DNA of 35,465 nucleotides. Source: an uncultured virus (IMG/VR IMGVR_UViG_3300023065_000102). The notes below the pieces were generated by a model. It saw nothing but the letters and a program-made list of their open reading frames with translations. It was not told where the DNA came from and searched no databases. Positions 1 through 8,680 of the stretch are shown here, piece after piece; position 1 is the first letter of the stretch; each line of letters starts with the position of its first letter. A program made the translations under genes and the position numbers. Where the stretch lies: the IMG/VR virus record IMGVR_UViG_3300023065_000102, positions 1 to 35,465 of that record. One strand, written 5' to 3'.

Positions 1-36
1 CCGAATGGCGACGGGGGTGTCGAGTACGGCGGACAT
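1..36 (-). CDS. recX: RecX regulatory protein, 5' end only (runs off window)
   Basis: ATG at 36 reads MSAVLDTPVAIR, immediately downstream of recA; matches the Pseudomonas RecX N-terminus and recA-recX synteny. Confidence 0.85.
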   Translation of the reverse strand, partial: MSAVLDTPVAIR

Positions 37-57
37 AGTCGCTATCTACAACAGTGA

Positions 58-1125
58 TCAATAACCGGCGTCGGCATCAGCCACGTCGTCAGCACTGGCT
101 TCGGCAGCGGCAGCCTTGCCCGCTTCGGCGGCAGCACCGGCTTTGAGCAGCTTCTCGCGGATCTGCTTCTCGATCTCGGCACCAATGGCCGGGTTCTCAG
201 CCAGGTACTTGGCGGCGTTGGCTTTGCCTTGGCCGATCTTGTTGCCCTGGTAGGCGTACCAGGCACCGGACTTCTCCACCAGACCCTGAGAAACACCCAG
301 GTCGATGATTTCGCCGTTGCGGTAGATACCCTTGCCGTAGAGGATCTGGAACTCGGCCTGACGGAACGGCGGCGAGACCTTGTTCTTGACGATCTTGACG
401 CGGGTTTCGCTGCCGACCACTTCGTCGCCTTCCTTGACCGCGCCGGTACGGCGGATGTCCAGGCGCACAGAGGCGTAGAACTTCAGGGCGTTACCGCCGG
501 TGGTGGTTTCCGGGCTGCCGAACATCACGCCGATCTTCATACGGATCTGGTTGATGAAGATGACCAGGCAGTTGGCGTTCTTGATGTTACCGGTGATCTT
601 GCGCAGCGCTTGGGACATCAGACGAGCCTGCAGGCCTACGTGCATGTCACCCATCTCGCCTTCGATCTCGGCCTTGGGCACCAGGGCTGCCACGGAGTCG
701 ACGATGATCACGTCGACCGCGTTGGAGCGCACCAGCATGTCGGTGATTTCCAGCGCCTGCTCACCGGTGTCTGGCTGCGACACCAGCAGGTCGTCGACAT
801 TGACGCCCAACTTGCCGGCGTATTCCGGGTCAAGGGCGTGCTCGGCGTCGACGAAGGCGCAGGTGGCGCCGTTCTTCTGGGCTTCGGCGATGACCGACAG
901 GGTCAGCGTGGTTTTACCCGAGGACTCCGGGCCGTAGATTTCGACGATACGGCCTTTTGGCAGGCCGCCAATGCCGAGGGCGATGTCCAGGCCCAGGGAA
1001 CCGGTGGAGATAGCCGGGATGCCGGTGCGCTCGTGGTCGCCCATGCGCATGACTGCGCCTTTGCCGAATTGGCGTTCGATCTGACCCAGGGCCGCAGCCA
1101 AGGCGCGTTTCTTGTTGTCGTCCAT
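58..1125 (-). CDS. recA: Recombinase RecA (355 aa from MDDNKKRAL)
   Basis: GPESSGKTT Walker [38 protein letters not shown]; start corrected to 1125. Confidence 0.99.
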   Translation of the reverse strand: MDDNKKRALAAALGQIERQFGKGAVMRMGDHERTGIPAISTGSLGLDIALGIGGLPKGRIVEIYGPESSGKTTLTLSVIAEAQKNGATCAFVDAEHALDPEYAGKLGVNVDDLLVSQPDTGEQALEITDMLVRSNAVDVIIVDSVAALVPKAEIEGEMGDMHVGLQARLMSQALRKITGNIKNANCLVIFINQIRMKIGVMFGSPETTTGGNALKFYASVRLDIRRTGAVKEGDEVVGSETRVKIVKNKVSPPFRQAEFQILYGKGIYRNGEIIDLGVSQGLVEKSGAWYAYQGNKIGQGKANAAKYLAENPAIGAEIEKQIREKLLKAGAAAEAGKAAAAEASADDVADADAGY

Positions 1126-1168
1126 TGAAACCCTCACGTGTTCGACTTGGCCCTGATGGCCGGAATAC

Positions 1169-1184
1169 CTGTATAAGTAGCCAG
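1169..1184 (-). promoter_or_regulatory. LexA (SOS) box of recA promoter
   Basis: CTGTATAAGTAGCCAG fits CTG-N10-CAG, ~45 bp upstream of recA ATG next to an AT-rich -10-like sequence. Confidence 0.9.
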
Positions 1185-1228
1185 TATTATTCCACAGCGA
1201 AGCGCGCGCGCAAACCCCTGTCGTCGAT

Positions 1229-1711
1229 TTACTCGGCACCAAGCTGTAACAAGCCGTCTAACGCGGCGATCACCGTTTGTCGGCGCACCGCATCACGGTC
1301 GCCGTCGAACTGGCGGCGCTCGCTGAAGACACGGCTGCCATCGGCCCAGGCCAGCCACACGGTACCCACCGGTTTTGCCGGCGAGCCACCGTCCGGCCCG
1401 GCCACACCGCTCACCGCCACCGCAAAGCGCGCGCCGCTGGCCGCCTGCGCCCCGCGGGCCATGGCTTCGACCACCTCCTGGCTGACCGCCCCCACCTGGC
1501 CGAACAGTGCCGCGGGCACCCCCAGCTGGCGGGTCTTCTGGGCATTGGAGTAGGTCACGTACCCGGCCTCGAACCAGGCCGAACTGCCGGGGATGCGGGT
1601 AATGGCCTCGGCGATGCCACCGCCCGTGCAGGATTCGGCGGTGGTCACCTGGGCATTGAAGCGGCGCAGGTGCTCGCCCAGGCGGGCGGAAAGTGCGGTG
1701 ATCGGGTCCAT
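1229..1711 (-). CDS. cinA: CinA/PncC family nicotinamide-nucleotide amidohydrolase
   Basis: [18 protein letters not shown] and SGVAGPDGG motifs; position upstream of recA. Confidence 0.95.
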   Translation of the reverse strand: MDPITALSARLGEHLRRFNAQVTTAESCTGGGIAEAITRIPGSSAWFEAGYVTYSNAQKTRQLGVPAALFGQVGAVSQEVVEAMARGAQAASGARFAVAVSGVAGPDGGSPAKPVGTVWLAWADGSRVFSERRQFDGDRDAVRRQTVIAALDGLLQLGAE

Positions 1712-1765
1712 GTCAGGCTCCTTGAAGACTGCGCACTACCCTACCACCCCATGCGCGGCGCGGCT

Positions 1766-2833
1766 TCAGGAAACCTTCAGGCTATCGCGGGCAATGGCGC
1801 TGAACGCACGCTCGTCGCGCCGCCCAAGACGCGGTAGGCCGGCTGGCCAGCCCTGGGTCCAGTCCAGGCCACGCAAATGGCGCATGTCCTCAATCGCCGA
1901 ACGCCACCAGACCACCTTGCAGGCGCGCTGGTAATCGTCGCGGCCGATGACACTGCCATATAAAAGCTTGCGGCCGACACCCCGCAGCTCTGGGGGCACG
2001 CGCGTAAGGCTCCACTTGACCGAAAGGCGGTTGAGCCAGGATGGCACCGGGCGATGCGCAGGCACCTTCAAGGCCAGGCCAGGCATCTTCGGCGTAAAGC
2101 GCTCGCCGTGGCGGGCGAAGAAAATCTCCAGAATGGCGTGGATGTACTGCTTCATCGCAAAGTAGTGGCTGATCACGCCACGCGCCTGGTTGATCTGCAC
2201 GCCCTGCAACTCGAACGAAAAGGCGATCTGCTCGATGGTGTGCAACTCACGGGCGTAAGGCGTCCATGCATCGATGCGCTGGATGGCCCGTTCGGCAATG
2301 CCGGCATTCTCACGGGTGAAGCCCAGGACACCGCTGTTGCACAGCCGCAGGTCGTCGCTCGGCACAGCGCCCGCACGCGCAAGCCCTGCGCTGAAGCCGA
2401 GGTAGTCCTCACGGTGCGACGCCTCGGCCCAGCGCATCTCGACCTCGTCCACTAGGTACTGCCCGGCATCCACCTGGCCAAACAGCTTCAGCGGTGACTG
2501 CAGGAACACCGTGTCGGTGTCGATGAACACTGTCTTGTCCGCCCACTGCCCAGCTTGCGCAATGGCGCAGGCCTTGCGCCGATGGGTGTAGCCGCCCTCC
2601 CCGGTCCAGGCCTGCAGGGTCGCGTCATCCAGCGCGATCACCTCTACCGGCCAACCGGCGAATGCCTGCGGCTGGTCGGTCAACACACGAATCACCGGCA
2701 GCTCCGCCGGCTTGCAGCGCGCCAGGGCGGTGAGGATGCTGAGCTTGGCTTCCAGCTGGTAAATCCGCCGATCACCGTACAGGAGGTAGATCAGTTGCTG
2801 CTTTACATAAGGGATACGGCTGGACAGGTTCAT
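1766..2833 (-). CDS. Putative nucleotide-diphospho-sugar transferase (GT-A-like), outside the prophage
   Basis: VFIDTDTVF DxD motif, CNSGVLGF, EQIAFS; probable start MNLSSR at 2833. Confidence 0.55.
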   Translation of the reverse strand: MNLSSRIPYVKQQLIYLLYGDRRIYQLEAKLSILTALARCKPAELPVIRVLTDQPQAFAGWPVEVIALDDATLQAWTGEGGYTHRRKACAIAQAGQWADKTVFIDTDTVFLQSPLKLFGQVDAGQYLVDEVEMRWAEASHREDYLGFSAGLARAGAVPSDDLRLCNSGVLGFTRENAGIAERAIQRIDAWTPYARELHTIEQIAFSFELQGVQINQARGVISHYFAMKQYIHAILEIFFARHGERFTPKMPGLALKVPAHRPVPSWLNRLSVKWSLTRVPPELRGVGRKLLYGSVIGRDDYQRACKVVWWRSAIEDMRHLRGLDWTQGWPAGLPRLGRRDERAFSAIARDSLKVS

Positions 2834-3019
2834 CACTACGTCACGGCTAGGGGCATTCAAAAAGGCCGCGCATTCTAGTGCAGTCAAGGACGAAGCTCCA
2901 TGATGGCCCGCCGAACTGCGCGCACATGCCCCACTGCGGCCGCCTGCATCTGGATGAAAAAGCCTGTACCATTGCCGGTTTTACCATCGCCAACCAGATC
3001 ACCCGCTGTAAGGCCCTGA

Positions 3020-3058
3020 ATGTCAGATCTCTCCGCACACACCCCGATTGTGCTGTAG
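3020..3058 (+). pseudogene. mutS: Detached native 5' end of mutS ([12 protein letters not shown])
   Basis: ATG TCA GAT CTC TCC GCA CAC ACC CCG AT matches the MutS start at 33860-33885, then diverges and stops at 3056-3058. Confidence 0.88.
3026..3048 (+). repeat. Left att core, 23 bp GATCTCTCCGCACACACCCCGAT
   Basis: Exact direct repeat of 33863-33885. Confidence 0.95.
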
Positions 3059-3169
3059 TACCAACCGGAACAGGCGCATAAGCCCCTATTTATCGAGGCT
3101 TGAGCGCCATCTCTCATTCTGGCATTAGCATATGCATGGGCGTAGATTGGCATGGAATGGCGTATGGTT

Positions 3170-3236
3170 TGCCCCAATTTTGCCCCACATCCGGACCATG
3201 GGGAATGAGCCAGCCGATGCATTGTGACTGCCCCAA
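3170..3236 (+). repeat. Putative integrase arm-type sites (TGCCCCA at 3170, 3181, 3229)
   Basis: TGCCCCAATTTTGCCCCAC has the same 11-bp-period layout as TGCCCCAAAATTGCCCCAC inside the other end. Confidence 0.7.
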
Positions 3237-3436
3237 CGATTATAAACGAGCTTGTTTCCTTTCACGCTAGCATGACGTCTATCGGCGCGGTCAAGCTTAG
3301 AAGCTGAGATAGCCACCGCTGAGCCAAGCTATGCCCGGAGCTCCCCTAGCCGGCTCAACTCGCACATCATGCGGATAGCAAAATGACATCGCCTGCAGCT
3401 ATAGTTGTTCATGTCTAAAAGCATGGACAAATAGAA

Positions 3437-3937
3437 ATGAGCGAAGGATTACCAACGCCCGCAAACACTGGTGCTAATGGCATGCAACTGAAAGGCTCAG
3501 CTAACGAGCCTGGCTTTCGCGCTGATGCTCCGCTTGAGGGGGTACTGCTAAAAACCGTCAAAGGCCTTGCTGAAAATCATCCGAGAAGCTTAGGAGGCGA
3601 TACCAACGCCGCATTCCTCGCCGGGATAGTTCACCACCTTACGAATGACTTAGAGTCTGTAAAAAGCAAATTAAATACTAAAGACGCTCAAACACTTGAG
3701 CTTACAACACAGCTAACCAACTCTCGAATCAATGAGACAAAGCTAATCGAGCAACTAGATTCAGCCAATAAAACCTCGCGCATCAATCAGTGGACGGGAA
3801 TCATTGGAACTGCACTGCTCGGTATTGCGCTAGACATGTACAAAAGCAATATGCAGTTGTCATATGCTGTAGGCTTATTAGGTGGAATCATTCTCCTCCT
3901 CCCCATAGGCATCACTCACATAGGTAATAAGAGATGA
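3437..3937 (+). CDS. Cargo protein: coiled coil plus two C-terminal TM helices, function unknown
   Basis: 166 aa, heptad-like segment LTNDLESVKSKL...LIEQLDSA, hydrophobic WTGIIGTALLGIALDMY and LSYAVGLLGGIILLLPIGI; AT-rich. Confidence 0.8.
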   Translation: MSEGLPTPANTGANGMQLKGSANEPGFRADAPLEGVLLKTVKGLAENHPRSLGGDTNAAFLAGIVHHLTNDLESVKSKLNTKDAQTLELTTQLTNSRINETKLIEQLDSANKTSRINQWTGIIGTALLGIALDMYKSNMQLSYAVGLLGGIILLLPIGITHIGNKR

Positions 3938-4329
3938 GACCTCTAAATCTATGGGGTGTCCAGGACGCTGGCACCCCTAACAAAGAACTCATTGCCATCA
4001 TGGTTACGGAACAGTGCGACCTCGCCAACTACTGCGTACTGATCGGCCATCAAAACATGGATGGTACTGCTACTCCAATTCAAGACCACATGTTTTGGTT
4101 CGGCAACGGAATCGTCAACGCCGGGGATTGGCTATTCATATATACGGGCCCAGGCAAATCCACAGTTCAAAAAATAGATGAAGTCAACAACATAATCAGC
4201 GTCCACTGGAACAAAGACAAAACGATATTCCAGAACAGATCTTTGATCCCAATCCTATCTAAGCTTTCGGAGGTATCATTCCCCCCCCAGCCTGAGGCGA
4301 AGGAACAGGCTTTCCTACTGGAAAGATAA
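3934..4329 (+). CDS. Cargo protein, lamin-tail-domain-like beta sandwich (tentative)
   Basis: 131 aa, ATGA overlap with upstream gene; pattern ELIAI..CDLANY..HMFWF..VNAGDWLFIYTGPG..VHW..IFQN resembles LTD consensus; no signal peptide. Confidence 0.65.
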   Translation: MRPLNLWGVQDAGTPNKELIAIMVTEQCDLANYCVLIGHQNMDGTATPIQDHMFWFGNGIVNAGDWLFIYTGPGKSTVQKIDEVNNIISVHWNKDKTIFQNRSLIPILSKLSEVSFPPQPEAKEQAFLLER

Positions 4330-4994
4330 AAAGCCCGCGAAATACTTGTAACACATGCAACAAAGGCGCCACCACATACTTGGAGCAAGCCGCCTACACT
4401 TGGCACTAGCATCGTTCCAGGCAGATAACAGCCCCGTGAATTGCCTGATCGCGTAGGCCGCCGCTCGGGGCGGCTGTCTCGGACTGGACATTGTGCATTT
4501 CTTCGGATGGCCCAACATCTAGGACGCAGAAGTAATGGTCGACAACGTCGCCAAGCAGCGATTGGCCGAGCTAGCCAGCAACGCGTAAAGCTGATTTCAC
4601 CAAGCAGATTGAGCGAAAGCGCCAATTTTTCGCTGAGAAGTGATCATACTTGGGCTGAACCCGTTACAGATAAAGAGCCATTCACACCAAGTGAAGTGTC
4701 TTTGCCTCATTGTCGTAGTTCGAAACGATGGTTTCCAGATAGCGCCCGTAAAACAGGTAGATATGAGTGGATCGTCGCGCTCGGGCGTAGGTCTTGACAT
4801 TCGCCTGCTCGGCCAGTGGAGCGCCGATATGGCGCAGTGGGCATGTCGTGTAGGCGATAGCCTAGGGGGAGCTAGAAAAAGTGCTCACGACTGGCGCAGC
4901 CATTGGGCACCTAGTATATTTCGAGCTTTAGAGTTATCCCACAATACTAGAGCAATATAAACTCTTATAGTTTACCCCAAGGAGACCATAAAGC

Positions 4995-6029
4995 ATGGAC
5001 AGTGAAAAATTGCGCATTGCATACCAAGACAACATAGGTCGAGCTGAACGCCTACGCGATGCGGTCATCGTGCAACTGCTAGAGCTATTCGCCCCCGCAA
5101 ACATAACCCTTGGCGTCCCCATTGAAAGCCGCATTAAAGACCTCACCTCAATTTTTGAAAAAATCGAAAGAAAAAGCATCAAGCTCGAAAATATACTAGA
5201 GCTACAAGACCTCATTGGAATACGTTGCATCTTACTATTCAAAAGAGACCTGGTAGAAATTAAAAAATTGATAACCAATACATTTGAAATAATTTCATCC
5301 GAGGACACAGGGGATCGACTTAGCGATTCGGAATTCGGATATCAGTCTCAGCACTACATAGTCAGAATCCCTACAGCCTGGCTTTCGCTCCCAAGCCTAT
5401 CAGGACTAAATGAGTTCTTTATCGAACTCCAAATTAGAACTCTTGCACAACACATATGGGCAGCAGCATCTCACAAATTACAATATAAAAATGAATCAGG
5501 CGTACCACTCCCAGTCCGAAGATCAATAAACAGAGTTTCTGCACTATTAGAAACTGTAGACCTAGAGTTTGAGCGAGTACTCAAAGATCGCGATGATTAT
5601 GTCACCCACGTAAAAAGCTCAATTACCAAAGACGAACTTATAAACGTTGACAATCTCGCGAAAGTATTGGCAGATATGTTGCCAGCAAACAACATAGCCG
5701 ACAATGAACCCTATGCCGCACTTCTAGACGACCTAACCAAACTAGGCGTAACACACACAAATAGATTAAAAGAAATTATAAAAAGCCATCTAGGCAAGGC
5801 ACTGGAAGAGGAGAGAGGGAAAGCTATAACACCCATTATAAAACTGGCAGCAGCGCCAAACACAGAATGGTGCAACCGATATGAGCGAGGTGCTTACTAT
5901 ACTCATACAGGCCTAACCCGGATAATGCTGAAAGAGGAGTTCGGCAGCGAGATCGTGAATAAAATCTCACATGTGATCTGCCAGCCGCTGTTCATTCACC
6001 CTGATCTTGAAACACCTACAAATGAATAA
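4995..6029 (+). CDS. RelA/SpoT-domain small alarmone synthetase-like protein with C-terminal extension
   Basis: SRIKDLTSIFEK, DLIGIR, GYQSQHY, ELQIRTLAQHIWAAASHKLQYK; AAGGAG RBS; no HD hydrolase domain. Confidence 0.92.
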   Translation: MDSEKLRIAYQDNIGRAERLRDAVIVQLLELFAPANITLGVPIESRIKDLTSIFEKIERKSIKLENILELQDLIGIRCILLFKRDLVEIKKLITNTFEIISSEDTGDRLSDSEFGYQSQHYIVRIPTAWLSLPSLSGLNEFFIELQIRTLAQHIWAAASHKLQYKNESGVPLPVRRSINRVSALLETVDLEFERVLKDRDDYVTHVKSSITKDELINVDNLAKVLADMLPANNIADNEPYAALLDDLTKLGVTHTNRLKEIIKSHLGKALEEERGKAITPIIKLAAAPNTEWCNRYERGAYYTHTGLTRIMLKEEFGSEIVNKISHVICQPLFIHPDLETPTNE

Positions 6030-6086
6030 TATTTTTTTCAAAAATAGCCTACGCTGATAGGACGGACTATAAGCATCAAGCCTTTA

Positions 6087-6102
6087 CTGTATAAATAAGC
6101 AG
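6087..6102. promoter_or_regulatory. LexA-box-like site
   Basis: CTGTATAAATAAGCAG, CTG-N10-CAG with AT-rich spacer, close to the recA box sequence. Confidence 0.65.
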
Positions 6103-6209
6103 GCAATAGTCTCACCGCGTTTTATGCACAAAGGCTGGACTTGCAGGAAAGGGCTGCGGATTCGGCAGGCCGGACTGGATGTTGGCGCATCCGCCCGGCT
6201 CGCCTCTTT

Positions 6210-6767
6210 TCATTTGGTGACTTCTCGGACGTAGGCCTGGCAGGCCCTCAGTGCGATCAGTCCTCGATCACCGCCGTCGGTGATACCGATAATTCGCTGA
6301 GCATGCGCTGGGTCAAGTTGGCCACGAATGGGTCCATGAACCATGCCTCCGGTGCCGGCGGCTTCTCGCACCCCACCGTCACAACCCGGGGCGGCAAAGG
6401 CTCCAGCGTCGACAAGGACTGACAACCGCAAGTCAGCAGTAGCCAGCCTGTCACGCAGGCGAGCTTGAATCTGTTGTGCATCGTTCATCTCCTTCCAATG
6501 TGTTTTGCCCTGCTCCTGAAGGCGATCCTCCAGGTCTTTTCGCCGAGCTTTCTGCTCTGCCAACTGCTCCAGGGCAGCAGCCGCTGCCGCCTCACGCTCA
6601 CGACCACGAGTCCGATCCCTGTCCGCCAACTGCTGGACATAGCCGGCAGCCTGCTCAGCCAACTGCTTTCCGTACTCACTAGCCTGCCACACCCAGGCGC
6701 TTCGGCCGCCGGCATAGAGCCCGACCGCCACGGCCAGAAGTGCGATGCGCCAATTCAGCGACATCAC
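6210..6767 (-). CDS. i-spanin (Rz-like)
   Basis: N-terminal TM, coiled coil, RLRDRLATADLRLSV and LRACQAYV; directly follows endolysin. Confidence 0.88.
   Translation of the reverse strand: MMSLNWRIALLAVAVGLYAGGRSAWVWQASEYGKQLAEQAAGYVQQLADRDRTRGREREAAAAAALEQLAEQKARRKDLEDRLQEQGKTHWKEMNDAQQIQARLRDRLATADLRLSVLVDAGAFAAPGCDGGVREAAGTGGMVHGPIRGQLDPAHAQRIIGITDGGDRGLIALRACQAYVREVTK
6257..6481 (-). CDS. o-spanin lipoprotein (Rz1-like), embedded in Rz
   Basis: Lipobox LLLTCGC, Pro-rich mature region, fully nested in another frame of the i-spanin. Confidence 0.8.
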   Translation of the reverse strand: MHNRFKLACVTGWLLLTCGCQSLSTLEPLPPRVVTVGCEKPPAPEAWFMDPFVANLTQRMLSELSVSPTAVIED

Positions 6768-7333
6768 TGCAACACCTCAAGTGCACGCGTGTAGAGCGCC
6801 TGGCGATCTTTCAACCCATTCAGGCCACCATTGATGCGGCGCGTGATCGACTCGAAAACCGCGTCATCGGCCTGCAACACCTTGTCAGCCAGGGTATTAA
6901 GCCCCGCACGCTGCCAGAACCAGCCGGCCGACAGCGAGGCGTACACGGGCTGTTCGAGCAGATCAGGGGTATTGAGCAAGCTGCTGTCACCGAACAGCGC
7001 TTCGCTGCAGGCTTCGTAGTTGTCGCGGCCGGTAATCTGGATGAGCCCACGGCCACGGTACCGCTGGCCATCACCGTCAGCCTCCGGGGTATTGCCGAGG
7101 CGCTGCGCCAGGCGCCCAGTGTCGTACTTGGCCAGGTAGGCATCGTTACCGAGTTCGCGCACGTAAAGCAGCTGGCCAGACTCATGGCCGACTTGCGCAA
7201 GGAATGCGGCAATGCGCCGAGGCGTAATGATCGAGTACTTACCCATCGTCGCATTGAGTCCAGGAACAAAAACGCCGGCTTTGCGGCCGGCGTTGGGGAG
7301 GATCTGCTGCAACTGTTGAACTGAGATAGCCAT
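6764..7333 (-). CDS. Endolysin, glycoside hydrolase family 19
   Basis: FLAQVGHESG, YRGRGLIQITGRDNY, ITRRINGGLNG; start MAISV at 7333 after GGAG. Confidence 0.93.
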   Translation of the reverse strand: MAISVQQLQQILPNAGRKAGVFVPGLNATMGKYSIITPRRIAAFLAQVGHESGQLLYVRELGNDAYLAKYDTGRLAQRLGNTPEADGDGQRYRGRGLIQITGRDNYEACSEALFGDSSLLNTPDLLEQPVYASLSAGWFWQRAGLNTLADKVLQADDAVFESITRRINGGLNGLKDRQALYTRALEVLQ

Positions 7334-7370
7334 TGATTTCTCCAGGGTTGGCCATATACGGCCATGAGGG

Positions 7371-8414
7371 TTAGAGCTGCTCAACCTTGAGCGGCTTTTC
7401 GTCTTTCTTTTTCTTGCCCGAGGCTTTGGCCTTGCCCTTCTTGCCGCCGTTGCATTCCACAGTTGTTGTCCAACCGTTCTGGGTAAACACCTGCTCGACG
7501 CTGTCCACCAGGTACTCGCCATCGAGCCCGACCTTGAAGTCCAGCGCATTGATCGAACATTCAGCGAACAGGTCGTGTCGACCTGCCATTTCCAGGCGCA
7601 CGCTGGCGGTGCTGCGGTTAAACGCGGCCAGCCGCGCCTTGGCGGCCTGCTTGGCGGCGGTTTCGTTGGGGTAGATATGGCGGTCGGTATGAACCGACGG
7701 CAGGCCATCCGGCGATTCGTCGTTGTCCAGCTGGACGACCTTCAAGGCTCCGGTTTTCGGGTCCTGGTGCTGGGTCTTAACCGCCTTTTGCGTACTGCGA
7801 TCGCCCAGTCGGAACTGGTAGCGGAAGACTTCCGTCTTGTTGATCTTCACGACCTGCAGCGACTTGCCCGACGTACTTTTGCCGCCCTGCCTAGGCATGA
7901 CCAGCAGCTTGCCTTCAGCCACCTTGGCCGTGCTGTCGTACTGACGCGCCAGGCGCGTGACAAAGTTGAAATCCGACTCGTTGCGCTGGTCGATGCGCTC
8001 GACCTTCGTCGTGACTGGGCACACCGGTTCCCAGCCGTTGCGCTTGGCAATTTCGGTGACAATCTGCGAAAGCGGCACGCCCTCCCAGCTGCCGCTTCGA
8101 ATGGTCTTTCCACTGCCACGCATATCGCTGGCCTTACCGCGAATGGTCAACTCGTCCGGTGGGCCGGACAGCTGCACCTCGTCGACGGTGTAGGCCCCCA
8201 TCCGCTTGAGAGGTTGGCCCTCATAGCCCAGTAGGACCTCGACCACGCCTCCTCGCGCCGGTAGTGCGACGACCTGATCGCGGTCGTCAATTCGCAGCTC
8301 AAACTCATCCGACGCCATGCCGGGCTTGTCCGAGATCCTCAGCAGCATCAAGCGGTCATTGATCAGCGCGGTGATGTCCTTGCGGTCCGCGATGATTCGA
8401 TAGGTTGGTTTCAT
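7371..8414 (-). CDS. P2 gpD-like baseplate hub / late control D protein
   Basis: SDEFELRIDD, LGYEG, YTVDEV, QRNESDFNFVTRLA; position after gpX. Confidence 0.9.
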   Translation of the reverse strand: MKPTYRIIADRKDITALINDRLMLLRISDKPGMASDEFELRIDDRDQVVALPARGGVVEVLLGYEGQPLKRMGAYTVDEVQLSGPPDELTIRGKASDMRGSGKTIRSGSWEGVPLSQIVTEIAKRNGWEPVCPVTTKVERIDQRNESDFNFVTRLARQYDSTAKVAEGKLLVMPRQGGKSTSGKSLQVVKINKTEVFRYQFRLGDRSTQKAVKTQHQDPKTGALKVVQLDNDESPDGLPSVHTDRHIYPNETAAKQAAKARLAAFNRSTASVRLEMAGRHDLFAECSINALDFKVGLDGEYLVDSVEQVFTQNGWTTTVECNGGKKGKAKASGKKKKDEKPLKVEQL

Positions 8415-8424
8415 GCTTACTCCA

Positions 8425-8455
8425 GAAACAGAAAGCCCCGCACGGGACGGGGCTT
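8425..8455 (-). terminator. Rho-independent terminator-like hairpin between gpX and gpD
   Basis: AAGCCCCG-7-CGGGGCTT followed by a T-rich tract on the minus strand. Confidence 0.6.
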
Positions 8456-8473
8456 CGTTACAGGTACGCGGGG

Positions 8474-8680
8474 TCAGTCGAACAGTTGCAGCAACTCGAC
8501 CGCCGGTGCCGATAGATCGGGCAACAGGATCAGCAAGCCGGCACGATAAGGCTGCGCTTGCCTGGCCAGATCCGGGTTGGCTTCCAGCACCGCCTCGACG
8601 GTGCCGTTGAGGTGCCCGTAGTGGTGCTGACAGATCACGTCGAGCAGGTCGCCGTCAGACGTTCTGCATGTCGTTGCCAT
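8474..8680 (-). CDS. P2 gpX-like tail protein
   Basis: GDLLDVICQHHYG, VLEANPDLA, LLPD. Confidence 0.92.
   Translation of the reverse strand: MATTCRTSDGDLLDVICQHHYGHLNGTVEAVLEANPDLARQAQPYRAGLLILLPDLSAPAVELLQLFD

Noticed and set aside
229-1128. 299-aa plus-strand ORF, and the 39-aa N-terminal extension of RecA in the ORF track
   Set aside because: Antisense shadow of recA; the extension spans the recA promoter and LexA box
1766-2833. GT-like gene as prophage LPS-modifying cargo
   Set aside because: Lies outside the left att core and has host-like GC content
4340-4960. Short overlapping ORFs between the cargo genes as an antitoxin or sRNA for the synthetase
   Set aside because: No convincing RBS or motif; one minus-strand frame looks like a stop-interrupted remnant but cannot be identified from sequence alone
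4995-6029. Naming the synthetase CapRel or a full RelA/SpoT
   Set aside because: No HD, TGS or ACT domains, and I cannot confirm a CapRel pseudo-zinc-finger C-terminus without a profile search
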